DNA from: Eledone cirrhosa | Taxonomy: Eukaryota | NCBI GenBank assembly: GCA_964016885.1 | Contig: OZ024742.1 | Coordinates: 143,158,001 to 143,222,000 of the forward strand | Direction of reading: 5' to 3' | Length of the DNA: 64,000 nt | Shown here: piece by piece, positions 40,040 through 52,600 of the stretch | How the letters are laid out: every line of letters starts with the position of its first letter | Numbering within the stretch: the stretch's first letter is position 1 | The notes under the pieces: generated by a model | What the model was told of the DNA's origin: nothing | Database searches by the model: none | The model's input: the letters and a program-made list of their open reading frames with translations, nothing else | Translations under genes and position numbers: made by a program

Positions 40040-41707
40040 TTCCCTTGCTTTTATCGAGAATCTAATTGTAATACGTGACGTATTCTATTCTATAGCGATT
40101 AGGTCTTCAAAATGTTTATTATAAACATACAGAATATTTTCGAATATTCTATGTCTATATTCACATATATATCGCTATTTCAGAGCATTTATTCCAATTT
40201 CTAATTTCTGCCGGACCGGCAACCGCTCTTTCAAACCAGTTCCTGTACACAGCTAAGTATTCTATAAGTCTCTAGCTGTGTCATTCTCGATAAAAGCACT
40301 GGATATGTAGTCCTGATGATTTCTAACGAGAATGAAACGCGTAGATTACTTCCCTTGCTTTTATCGAGAATCTAATTGTAATACGTGACGTATTCTATTC
40401 TATAGCGATTAGGTCTTCAAAATGTTTATTATAAACATACAGAATATTTTCGAATATTCTATGTCTATATTCACATATATATCGCTATTTCAGAGCATTT
40501 ATTCCAATTTCTAATTTCTGCCGGACCGGCAACCGCTCTTTCAAACCAGTTCCTGTACACAGCTAAGTATTCTATAAGTCTCTAGCTGTGTCATTCTCGA
40601 TAAAAGCACTGGATATGTAGTCCTGATGATTTCTAACGAGAATGAAACGCGTAGATTACTTCCCTTGCTTTTATCGAGAATCTAATTGTAATACGTGACG
40701 TATTCTATTCTATAGCGATTAGGTCTTCAAAATGTTTATTATAAACATACAGAATATTTTCGAATATTCTATGTCTATATTCACATATATATCGCTATTT
40801 CAGAGCATTTATTCCAATTTCTAATTTCTGCCGGACCGGCAACCGCTCTTTCAAACCAGTTCCTGTACACAGCTAAGTATTCTATAAGTCTCTAGCTGTG
40901 TCATTCTCGATAAAAGCACTGGATATGTAGTCCTGATGATTTCTAACGAGAATGAAACGCGTAGATTACTTCCCTTGCTTTTATCGAGAATCTAATTGTA
41001 ATACGTGACGTATTCTATTCTATAGCGATTAGGTCTTCAAAATGTTTATTATAAACATACAGAATATTTTCGAATATTCTATGTCTATATTCACATATAT
41101 ATCGCTATTTCAGAGCATTTATTCCAATTTCTAATTTCTGCCGGACCGGCAACCGCTCTTTCAAACCAGTTCCTGTACACAGCTAAGTATTCTATAAGTC
41201 TCTAGCTGTGTCATTCTCGATAAAAGCACTGGATATGTAGTCCTGATGATTTCTAACGAGAATGAAACGCGTAGATTACTTCCCTTGCTTTTATCGAGAA
41301 TCTAATTGTAATACGTGACGTATTCTATTCTATAGCGATTAGGTCTTCAAAATGTTTATTATAAACATACAGAATATTTTCGAATATTCTATGTCTATAT
41401 TCACATATATATCGCTATTTCAGAGCATTTATTCCAATTTCTAATTTCTGCCGGACCGGCAACCGCTCTTTCAAACCAGTTCCTGTACACAGCTAAGTAT
41501 TCTATAAGTCTCTAGCTGTGTCATTCTCGATAAAAGCACTGGATATGTAGTCCTGATGATTTCTAACGAGAATGAAACGCGTAGATTACTTCCCTTGCTT
41601 TTATCGAGAATCTAATTGTAATACGTGACGTATTCTATTCTATAGCGATTAGGTCTTCAAAATGTTTATTATAAACATACAGAATATTTTCGAATATTCT
41701 ATGTCTA

Positions 41708-41758
<51 letters not shown>

Positions 41759-41763
41759 TTGTG

Positions 41764-41794
<31 letters not shown>

Positions 41795-42085
41795 ATATGT
41801 GTGTATATGTGTGTGTGTGCGAATACTTTCTAAAGATGAGGTTGGTTGTGAGTGATTGCTTAAAGGGGTATGATGGCTAAGGTAGAAAGTCAAATGAGCA
41901 AGATAATTAAGACAAAGTCAACGGGTGCAATGTGTGAACAGACGCAGGCGATTGTGCTGCATTAAAAAAGGATGAAATGTTGAAAAAAAGATGTTGCTAG
42001 CAGTTGTTCGAACAAACTGAAGACGTCTGCTTTAAATGAATATGGAAGACCACAAAGATTCTTCTGAACTATTATAGGATTCGAC

Positions 42086-42101
42086 GTCATCATCATCATC
42101 G

Positions 42102-42136
<35 letters not shown>

Positions 42137-43780
42137 GTCTCGCCATCATCATCAGAATTATCATCATCATCATCATCATCATCATCGCTATCATCATCAG
42201 AATTATCATCATCATCATCATCATCATCATCGCTATCATCATCAGAATTATCATCATCATCATCATCATCGCCATCATCATCATCAGAATTATCATCATC
42301 CTCAACGCCATCATCATCATCATCATCATCATCATCAGGATTATCATCACCGCCACCACCGCTACCACCACCACCACCGCTACCACCACCACCACGACGA
42401 CGACCACCACCACCACCACCACCACCACCGCTACCACCACCACCACCGCTACCACCACCACCACGACGACCACCACCACCACCACCACCACCACCACCGC
42501 TACCACCACCACCACCACCACCACCACCACCACCACCACCACCACCACCACCGCTACCACCGCTACCACCACCACCACCACCGCTACCACCACCACCACC
42601 AACATCACCACCACCACCACCACCGCCACCACCACCAACACCACCACCACCGCCACCACCACCGCTACCACCACCACCACCACCACCACCACCACCACCG
42701 CTACCACCACCACTACCACCACCACCACCACCACCACCACCACCACCACCACCACTACCGTTACCACCACCACCACCGCTACCACCACCACCACCACCAC
42801 CATCACCACCACCACCACCACCACCACCACCACCACCACCACCACCACCACCACCACCACCACCACCACCGCTACCACCACCACCACCACCACCACCACC
42901 ACCACCGCTACCACCGCTACCAGCACCACCACCACCGCTACCACCACCACCACCAACATCACCACCATCACCACCACCACGGCTACCACCACCACCACCA
43001 TCACCGCCACCACCGCTACCACCACCACCACCACCACCACCACCACCATCACCACCACCACCACCACCACCACCACCACCACCACCACCGCTACCACCAC
43101 CACCAACATCAACCACCACCACCACGGCTACCACCACCACCACCACCACCACCACCACCACCACCACCACCACCGCTACCACCACCACCAACATCAACCA
43201 CAACCACCATCACCACCACCACGGCTACCACCACCACCACCATCACCGCCACCACCGCTACCACCACCACCACCACCACCACCACCATCACCACCACCAC
43301 CACCACCACCACCACCACCACCACCACCACCGCTACCACCACCACCAACATCAACCACCACCACCACGGCTACCACCACCACCACCACCACCACCACCAC
43401 CACCACCGCTACCACCACCACCAACATCAACCACAACCACCATCACCACCACCACGGCTACCACCACCACCACCATCACCGCCACCACCGCTACCACCAC
43501 CACCACCACCACCACCACCACCACCACCAACATCAACCACCACCACCACCACCACCACGGCTACCACCACCACCACCATCACCGCCACCACCGCTACCAC
43601 CACCACCATCACCACCACCACCACCACCACCACCACCACCACCACCACCACCACCACCACCACCTCTACCACCACCACCACCACCACCACCACCACCACC
43701 ACCACCAACATCAACCACAACCACCACCACCACCACCACCACCACCACCACCAACACCACCACCAACACCACCACCACCA

Positions 43781-43815
<35 letters not shown>
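42086..43815. repeat. (CAT)n then (CCA)n trinucleotide repeat with higher-order motifs
   Basis: Directly visible. Confidence 0.97.
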
Positions 43816-43969
43816 GTTAACAACTGCAATAACGACAGCAATAAGAATCTCCTTTTAAACTTAAGGATATGATCGATTTGATTTTTACTCAGGATTTTAC
43901 AACAAAATTCTCTGGAACTATTTTGAGTTACAACAATAACAAAACAACAACAACAGCAACTGCAATAAT

Positions 43970-46130
43970 AATGATTTCTACTTTAGGCACAAGGCCAGCA
44001 ATTTTTTTTGGGGGGGGGGGGGGGGGCAGGAGAGAGTCGTTTAAATCGACCCCAGTGCATTACTGGTGCTTTATTTTATCGACCCCGTAAGGATAAATGG
44101 CAAACCTAACCTCGGCGGGATTTGAACTCAGAACGTAAAGGGCCATAACTCGATACTGCACAGCATGGCATCTGTCGCTCTCCCGATACTGCCAATACAC
44201 CGCCCTCCAATCCACCGACAACTATAACAATATGTTTCTACTTTTGGCACAAGGCCAGCAATTACCCCAGTGTATTACTGGTACTTTATTTTATCAACTC
44301 CCGTAAGGATGAAAGGTAAAGTTGACCTCGGCGGGATTTGAACACAAACCGTAAAAGGATCATAACCCTATGTTGCACAGCATGGCGTCTGGCGCTCTAC
44401 CGATACTACCAATACAACTACAATAATAATAACACTACCACCACCACTACCACCACCACTACCACCGCCAACAACAACATCACCACCACCACCACCACCA
44501 CTACCACCACCACCACCACCACTACCACCACCAATAACAACAACATCACCACCACCACCACCAATACCACTACCACCACCAACAACAACATCACCCCCAC
44601 CACCATTACCACCACCACCACAACCACCACTACCACCACCAATAACAACAACATCACCACCACCACCACCAATACCACTACCACCACCAACAACAACAAC
44701 ATCACCACCACCACCAATACCACCACCACCCACACCACTACAACCACCACCACCACTACCAATACCACTACCACCACCAACAACAACATCACCACCACCA
44801 CCACCACCAATACCACCACCACCACCACCCACACCACTACCACCACCAGCACCACCAACACCACTACCACTACCAACAACAACATCACCACCACCACCAA
44901 TACCACCACCACCACTACCACCACCAATACCACCACCACCACCACCAATACCACCAATATTACTAGTATTTATTTCATCATGCCCAGAGGGATGTAAGAG
45001 AAAACACGACTCCGAAAGAATTCGAACTCAATACGTGGTAAAAAGCAAAATACAACTTATTGCCATATTTATTGCATTTATTAATTTAGAAACTTTTGAA
45101 CAGAAGTGTAGGCGGTGCCTTCAGACAAAGCAGAGTGACCGGTCTTCTTCAGACGTCTAAAATAATTGATTGTTTCTACTTTAGGCACAAGGCCAGCAAT
45201 TACCCAGTGCATTACTGGTACTTTATTTTATCGACCCTGTAAGGATGAAAGGCAAAGTTAACCTCGGCGGGATTTGAACTCAGATCGTAAAGGGACGTAA
45301 CTATGCTGGAAAGCATGGCGTCCGACCCTCCACCGATACTGCCAATCCACCGAAAATAATGAATGAGAAATGACAGTATCGGTAGAAGGTCGGACGCCAT
45401 GCTTTGCAGCCTAGAGTTACGCCCCTTTATAGTCTGAGTTCAAATCCTGCCGGGGTTCACTTTGCCTTTCATCCTTACGGGGTCGATAAAATAAAGTACC
45501 AGTCACGCACTGGGGATTGATTTAATCGACTTTCCCCTTGTCCCAAAATTACTGGCCTTGTGCCGAAATCAGAAACCATTACCATCGACCTTACGGGGTC
45601 GATAAAATAAAGTACCAGTAATACACTGGATAATTGCTGGCCTTGTGCCTAAAGTAGAAACAATTAATATTATTATTATCATTATTATTATTACCATTAT
45701 TATTATTCTCATTATTATATTAGGGTGGATTGGCAGTATCGGTAGAGAGTCGGACGCCATGCTTTCCAGCATAGTTACGTCCCTTTACGGTCTGAGTTCA
45801 AATTCCGCCGAGGTTAACTTTGCCTTTCATCCTTACAGGGTCGATAAAATAAAGTACCAGTAATGCACTAGGATAATTGCTGGCCTTGTGCCAAAAGTAG
45901 AAACAATTATTATCATTATTATCATATGGCGGTGGATTGGCAGTATCGGTAGAGGGCCGGACGCCACGCTTTGAGGCATAGAGTTACGGCCCTTGCTATT
46001 CTGAGTTCGAATCCCGCCGAGATTAACTTTGCCTTTTATCCTTACGGGGGTCGATAAAATAAAGTACCAGTAATGCACTGGGATAATTGCTGGCCTTGTG
46101 CCAAAAATAGAGACAATTATTATCATTATC
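43970..46130. mobile_element. Cluster of at least seven full or partial tRNA-derived SINEs in both orientations
   Basis: Recurring GAGTTCAAATCCCGCCGAGGT.AACTTTGCCTTTCATCCTTACGGGGTCGATAAAATAAAGTACCAGT. Further copies at ~32580-32860, 34200-34430, 47145-47360, 49205-49372, 50400-50530, 55400-55610. Confidence 0.85.
44410..44960. repeat. (ACC/AAC/ACT)n trinucleotide repeat
   Basis: Directly visible. Confidence 0.95.
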
Positions 46131-46352
46131 ATTGGTGTTTGAATTGAGAAGACATTTTATTGTGAGCTCGGGTAAGTTTTTATGTATTTTAAATCTTTTT
46201 GAAGTTAGATTCTTTGTTACAAGGAGGGGAGCGGGGGAATAAGGCTTTATTTAGTCTTTGCCCTCAAGAAGACCCCATAATATTTGAACTTTTTATTTTT
46301 GAAGTATTCAAATAGATGTTTATTTTTAAAATAAAATTTAGTAAGAAAAAAT

Positions 46353-46604
46353 GGGCTGAGAAGCGGAGCGGAGGCAGGCGAGGCAGCGTTGGTTCAAGCC
46401 AGACTCGATCCGCCTGACAGAAGACCTGCAATTGATGTCGTCCCAGTTACGTTGGACTGTGGTATACTGGGGGATAGAGAGGCCTTCGCGTGTCCAGTAA
46501 GCCAGAGCCTGTTCCAGCTCGGGAGCCAGGTCAGGTTCGGCCGTCTGGTTGAGAACCTCGCTGATGAGAACGCGACAGGAGGAGATAGAGGAGAGGTAGG
46601 CAGG
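46353..46604 (-). pseudogene. Open 84-codon fragment resembling the post-RT region of CRE-clade non-LTR retrotransposons
   Basis: My translation: PAYLSSISSCRVLISEVL..EQALAYW..PQYTTVQRNWDDINC..QRCLACLRSASQP; pattern PA(F/Y)LSS..Q..WD..RL..S.P recalled for CRE elements; GC-rich island in AT-rich flanks. Confidence 0.55.
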
Positions 46605-49600
46605 TTTTGAATTTTACGCTCACAAGCGTTTTTTTTTTTTGTAAAAATTGATGTGATACGCTCCCCCCTCCTCTACTTACAACCAAAGCAGCCAAAGTTG
46701 CGCGTCTCGTGTCAGCGTCTCGGATTCTAGTCAATAGGTGACCACCTCCACCACCTCAAACGTCATCACTGTCAACATAACCACTACAGACAACAAAGCA
46801 ACCAACTAAAACAGTAACAACAGCAACAGCAGCAACATCAACGGTAACGACAACAAAAAAAGTGGGGGTTGGGTGGTGGGTAGAAAAATTTGAAAAATTA
46901 ATAAGCGGGGTGAGGGAGTGGGGTGGTGGTGGGGGGGGGGGGATTTTTCGAGACGTGTGAGTATATATTTCGTCTCCCTTTCCACACATATTCACAGGTT
47001 CACACACACATACACTGGACAAACGCATACACACACACACCATACACACACAAACACACCACACAAACGCACTCACACAAATGCACTCACACACCAAATA
47101 CACGCGTACACATACATACGTATATATATATATATATATATAATGGTTTCTACTATAGGGACAAGGCGAGTAATTTGAGAGGAAGGGAAAGTCGATCAAA
47201 TCGAGCCCAGTACATTACTGGTACTTTATCTTATCGACCCCGTAAGGATGAAAGGCAAAGTTAACCTCGGCGGGATTTGAATTCAGATCATAAAGGGCCG
47301 TAACTCTATGCTGCAAAGCATGGCGTCCGACCCTCTACCGACACTGCTAATCCATCGCCCTACGCGTATATATAAAATGAAAGACTTCTGCGTAGTTTCA
47401 GTCAATCAAATTTCTCTCAAAACTCACTGGCGCAAGTTTCACGCAGTTATCTCGAACCCGTAATCTCATGTATGCCAGAAAACCCTTTTAACTAACAACC
47501 ATGTTTCCATCTAAAATAGTTTTGGGGAACGTAGCGATGTTGACAATAATGGCGACGATAATGATGATGATGATTGGTGTTGGTGGTGGCCCAATGACTA
47601 CTTAAATAAATTAGAATGATACAGGGGGGCCGGGAATTGGTAAATTAAAAAAAAAAGCTTACAATGCGCCCGATCGGAGGTTCTGTAACAACGTTAAAAG
47701 GTCATAGGACAAGCTACAAAAGAAATCAATGACAACATTGTTCAACAGTGTTCTGTTAACCTAATAACATTCAACAATGATAATATGACAGACATTCAAC
47801 GATAATACATCGAAAACACATTATCTTCCTCCAAAATACCAACCATTCTCTCTACTTCTGTGTATGGAATACTTTACAAACGCCAGGACTTACAATCTCC
47901 TAAAGCTATTCCCGAAAAAAGAAAAAAATTGAAAAGAAAAAGAAAAAGAGGAACAACTAATATATATTCAACATAATCAAATTCTATTCCAAGTGACAAA
48001 AGTTTCCATAACTAAAAGTACTTATGCCTGGAAATGCTTCCACTTCTTTAACAGTCTGAAATCTAATAAAATCTCATCAACGATGGCGTATCCTTCTTCA
48101 TATATAGGAGTATATATTATTTCGTTTGAGTGTATTTTTTCCTTTTATATTTGTATTTGTTACCTATTCTACTCATAAAGCATATTTTAAGCTGCCGGCT
48201 AGATTCACACACGTCTGTATTCTCAACTCTCTCCTTTTTTTTCTTTTAGTTTTTCTTCTCTTAAGCTTGAGTCTTACTAGTTAACTCTGCGATGAATATT
48301 TCTACACATTACATCTATAATCATTGATGGAAACTGTGGTAGTTTAATGATATTCCAACAGATGAGAAACAAAGTTCGTTATGGATAGAACGCCAGCTTG
48401 ATTGTAGGAAAAAATATATTTGAAATAGTTACACTGTTTATTATAGTAAAATATTCTTGACAATGATATAAAGAAAAGCTTATAGTAAATATCCCGAGAC
48501 ACAGATCCAACAGTGTACTTATTCAACTCCTTAGTATCTGTTATGATCAAATATCTCGGAAAAAAGTAAGAACAAAGGGAAACTACACACATGGTATATA
48601 AATTCAATAAGTTTGCAAAACAGAACGGCTATTTTGCTTTGAGGAAGATGTGAGTAGGGGAGAAGATATCGGTTTTCGCCACTCTCCATTTTTCCAATAT
48701 GTTGTTTGCCGAAGAAATAATCGAACGCCTTTTTTGCCGTTAGCATATTGGATAATATATCTTTTCTTATCACCTCTTCTAAAATGCTAACTATCCCACT
48801 CTAATACGTTGCTCTCCATCGCTACTTCTTTCTTCATTATATCGACTTTATCCTAAAGGCTCTCTTCAAAGAGACCCACCAACGGTTATTATTCATCTTT
48901 CTCGAGAACTTCTGGTTAACTAGTTTGCTAATCCTGGAACATGGAATTCAGTTCCAGCAACCGAGCTTTTTGTAGATCACAAACTGTGGTTTGTATAGTT
49001 GACTAACCGAAACCGTCACCCTGTTCTCCTAACAAACACGCTATCTAGGTTTGATTTAGACGACCTTATAAAGTTTGTCGCGTTCACATTGGAATATTCA
49101 GAAAATCTGGTCGGCATCTGTCAAACTGAATGAGCTGGTTTGTGAGACTTTTACACCTCCTCTTCTAACACATACTCCCACAATATTTAAACATGTGTCT
49201 ATAATTGTTTCTACTTTTGGCACAATTATTCCAATACATTACTGGCACTTTATTTTATCGACCCCGTAAGGATGAAAGGCAAAGTGAACCTCGGCAGGAT
49301 TTGAACTGAGACTGTAAAGGGGCGTAACTCTAGGCTGCAAAGCATGGCGTCCGACCTTCTACCGATACTGTCATTTCTCATTAATTATTTTAGACGTCTG
49401 AAGAAGACCGGTCACTCTGCTTTGTCTGCAGGCACCCCCTACACGTCTGTTTATATTCACGACAATTGCCAATTTATCACTCAAATCCAGTGATAAAAAA
49501 CAACGCTGCCACCCCGCCGCTATAATCAAGCTGATCAAAAAATGCGTACATTTAGTAATCATTGAGAAGTATGGGTGACTGCGTGCAGGACATCTTGGTT

Positions 49601-52600
49601 TCATTGATTGTCAATACATCCAAATCCGATGCTAACTACTAGGTTATATGTATTTATAGAACCAACTCCCAGTACGGTCATATTGGTCGGAAAGAAAGAG
49701 ACTAGATTCATTAAAATTCATCTGAAAAAATGCGTCTCCATGACGTAGAGGGGTTTCTTGAAAGCCACCCTAAGAGTTGCTTGCATCTTATTTTTAAGAA
49801 GATTTTTGAAATTTTCCCTTGAAGTTATATATTTTCTTCGTGGACGAGATCCACAAAGCATTCTGTTTATATTTTGTCGTCGAGTTGTTCTTTTTTCTTA
49901 GAACAATGAAGTTGAATATGAGAGAGTGCTGTGTATTTAGCTATTTAGCTGTTGGTGTTGCTGTTGTTGTCTTAGTTGTTGAATAATCTACAACACAGTC
50001 ACCACCATCTCTCATAGCTCTTATACTACACGACTGCCAATCGAGTCTATACCCCACTACCACACACTAGATAGTCAACAATACAAGCCCTATAACAAAC
50101 CGATAACAGACGTATCATAAAAATATAATTTATACCCACAGAAGAGAAGGCTGCACATCTCAGAAGGTGCACATGGTGGTACAGTAGAAATCCGTATAAA
50201 ACTGTCGAAAACAATAAGGATTTCTTACATTGGCATAAGGGCAGATATTTTGGAAGGGTTATTATAAATTAATTCGACTACAGTACCTTACTGGTATTTA
50301 TTTTATCAACTGCAGGATGATGAAAGTCAAAGTGAGACCCAGCGGGATATCAGGTCGTAAATGTACGTTAATATATATAGGCAAAGGAGGGGACAAATTG
50401 GCAGAGTCATTAGAACGTCGGATAGAATGCTTTGCGGTATTCGTTCCGGCTCTCTGCTCTCTCAGTTCAAATACCACCGAGGCCAACACTGCTTTTCATC
50501 CTTTCGAGGTCGATAAAAAAGTACCAGTCTAGTACCGGGGTCAATTCTCCCCCTTTCTCTCTACCTCTATCCTTCTCTGTAAGAAATCTGCTGTGTTCAG
50601 ACCTAGAGAGGGATAAACTCTGTCAGACTTAAAAGTGCCCTAGAAACGCCGTACTGGCACCATCGATCTTGGTATTGAGTTTTTTAAAGAAGTAAAAAAA
50701 AAAATGATCATAATAATGATTTCTCTACTAGCTATAGGAGCTCTCACATAAAATACAGTAAACATCATAAATATAGCAGTCACAATCATAATAATGCAAA
50801 TGTTTAGAGACACTTTTTCTTGAAACACACGAATTTGCAAAAGATGCGTAGATCATTATTCGAATGTTGCCCACTTTCTTGAACAGTAGTTTCAATGTTG
50901 TTTCTCACGAAGTTTCAATTTTCTGACCAAGTATTTTAAAACTTTACTGCTCTTTTACATTCTCCTATCATATGGTATTGTAAAATTCTCCCTCTCCTGT
51001 ACTCCCTTCATTTTCCGCCCCCTCCTCTCTATTAGCAAATTACATCCAACTCCCTTGTCTTTATTTATGATCAGTTTGTACTGAAAAATATCACATGATT
51101 ACGACGGGTGGATTAGATCAACGCAAAAACTGGCTCATGAAATTAGCTTGCAAGCAATTGAGTATTCTACAGACACGTGTACTCTTTGAATTACAGGTAG
51201 CTCATTCTTTCCAGCTGAATAGACTGAAACAACGCAAACTAAAGATTCTTGATCAAGGGTACAACGCATTGCCGGGAATCGAACATCCTAACCACTAAGC
51301 CATTTAATAACAGTTGCTGATTGTAACATTTTCGACTACTTTGAGTTCAAATTTTCTGTTAACCTCCTAAAGTGTCATTTGTCTTATCTTGCTGTACCTT
51401 GTATATTATTTTCGAATCTTCTTGCTATTTTCACATATTTCGTGTATGGTTAGTAGTTTTATCGGCATTGTCACTAACATAATAAGACGTAACACATTCA
51501 CCACAGTTTTAGTTTCCTTCTTTAGTTGTCCATCTTCAAGTAAAGCTCATTACACTTCTCTTGTTTTATCTTCGGTTTTGCCGGATAAATTTCTCCGTAA
51601 TAATGCTCTTTTCCATGTTTTCCAATGTATCGTTATTATTCCTTTATTTTTTAAATTTCTTATTTGTTCTTGTATGTCAGTGATCTTATTGGCTGCACAT
51701 ATCAATCTTCTTTTCAATTTTCCAGCATACTTCTCTAGTACTATAAATGTTAAGTTGCTGTTGTTGTTTGTTCCAACTATGACCATTCTGTATTTTCCTG
51801 TATCTAAGATTAGATTGTCCAATGCGTCCCTTCTCTATTTAGACGGCAGTGAGCGGTTTAAAAGGATTGGGATGCCATGATTAAAAAAATACTCCAGTCT
51901 TGATAATATATTTTATAGGTATCTAGGGCTTCATCATTCAATGTGCCCTCCTGTTACAGATAATAGTGTGTACTTTAAGGGGAATTTAGTTGCTAAGTCT
52001 AGCATATCAAGTGTCCACACAAATGCTCCCTCACTGGTTCGTCTCAATTTTGTAGTTATTTGAGGTAATTAGAATGTTGATACCGTCAACTGTCATAGTT
52101 GATGTTGTCATCGCATTCATCGCCACCGCCGTCGTTGTCATCATCGCTGTAGTCACTGAATGTAGTCGGAGATGTCATTGTCATCCCCGTTATCACCACC
52201 ACCACCACCACCACCACCACCATCACCACCATCACCATCCGTACTATCACAATTGGTTACCTATGTTCTACAGCAATGTTACCATCTCCGGCCAGTGTTG
52301 TTACCGTTCGTAAGATGTGGGTTGTCATTAAGTAAAATGAAATGAAAAGTAGAACTCGCGGAGTAAAAATAAAAATAAATGAATGAATAACTAAATAAAC
52401 AACTGTGTCATACGACAAAACAACATTGTAAAAGAGAAGACGACACCTACAGCAGTGCTGTATAAGCCAAGTCAGTAGACAACCTATTATCAACATGTAT
52501 TCATGTGTCAGGGAGAGGAAATTGTTCACTGTAAATTTCAATGTTCCAGACATGAATACATAGACATATATACATATACTTACGTATGCTTACATATACT

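Larger units (their letters stand above)
36546..41711. mobile_element. Palindromic tandem array of 310-bp hammerhead-containing units (retrozyme-like)
   Basis: AATAAATGCT recurs every 310 bp (36551, 36861 ... 39651). Orientation inverts at 39767. 10 hammerheads on - and 6 on +. Only one variant base seen (39167). (TA)n on both sides. Confidence 0.93.

Noticed and set aside
36546-41711. CRISPR array or ordinary satellite DNA
   Set aside because: No variable spacers and no cas genes; units are fully identical, and the hammerhead plus nested stems explain them better than an inert satellite.
41962-44997. Gly-rich, Val-rich and Thr-rich (mucin-like) ORFs
   Set aside because: Trinucleotide repeats open in several frames on both strands; no splice or domain evidence.
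46561-46600. CTGATGA motif
   Set aside because: No downstream GAAA or stems; lies within the CRE-like coding fragment.
47660-49190. Possible highly decayed LINE coding sequence
   Set aside because: Only isolated hints (e.g. KYLG); no ordered motif set could be read.
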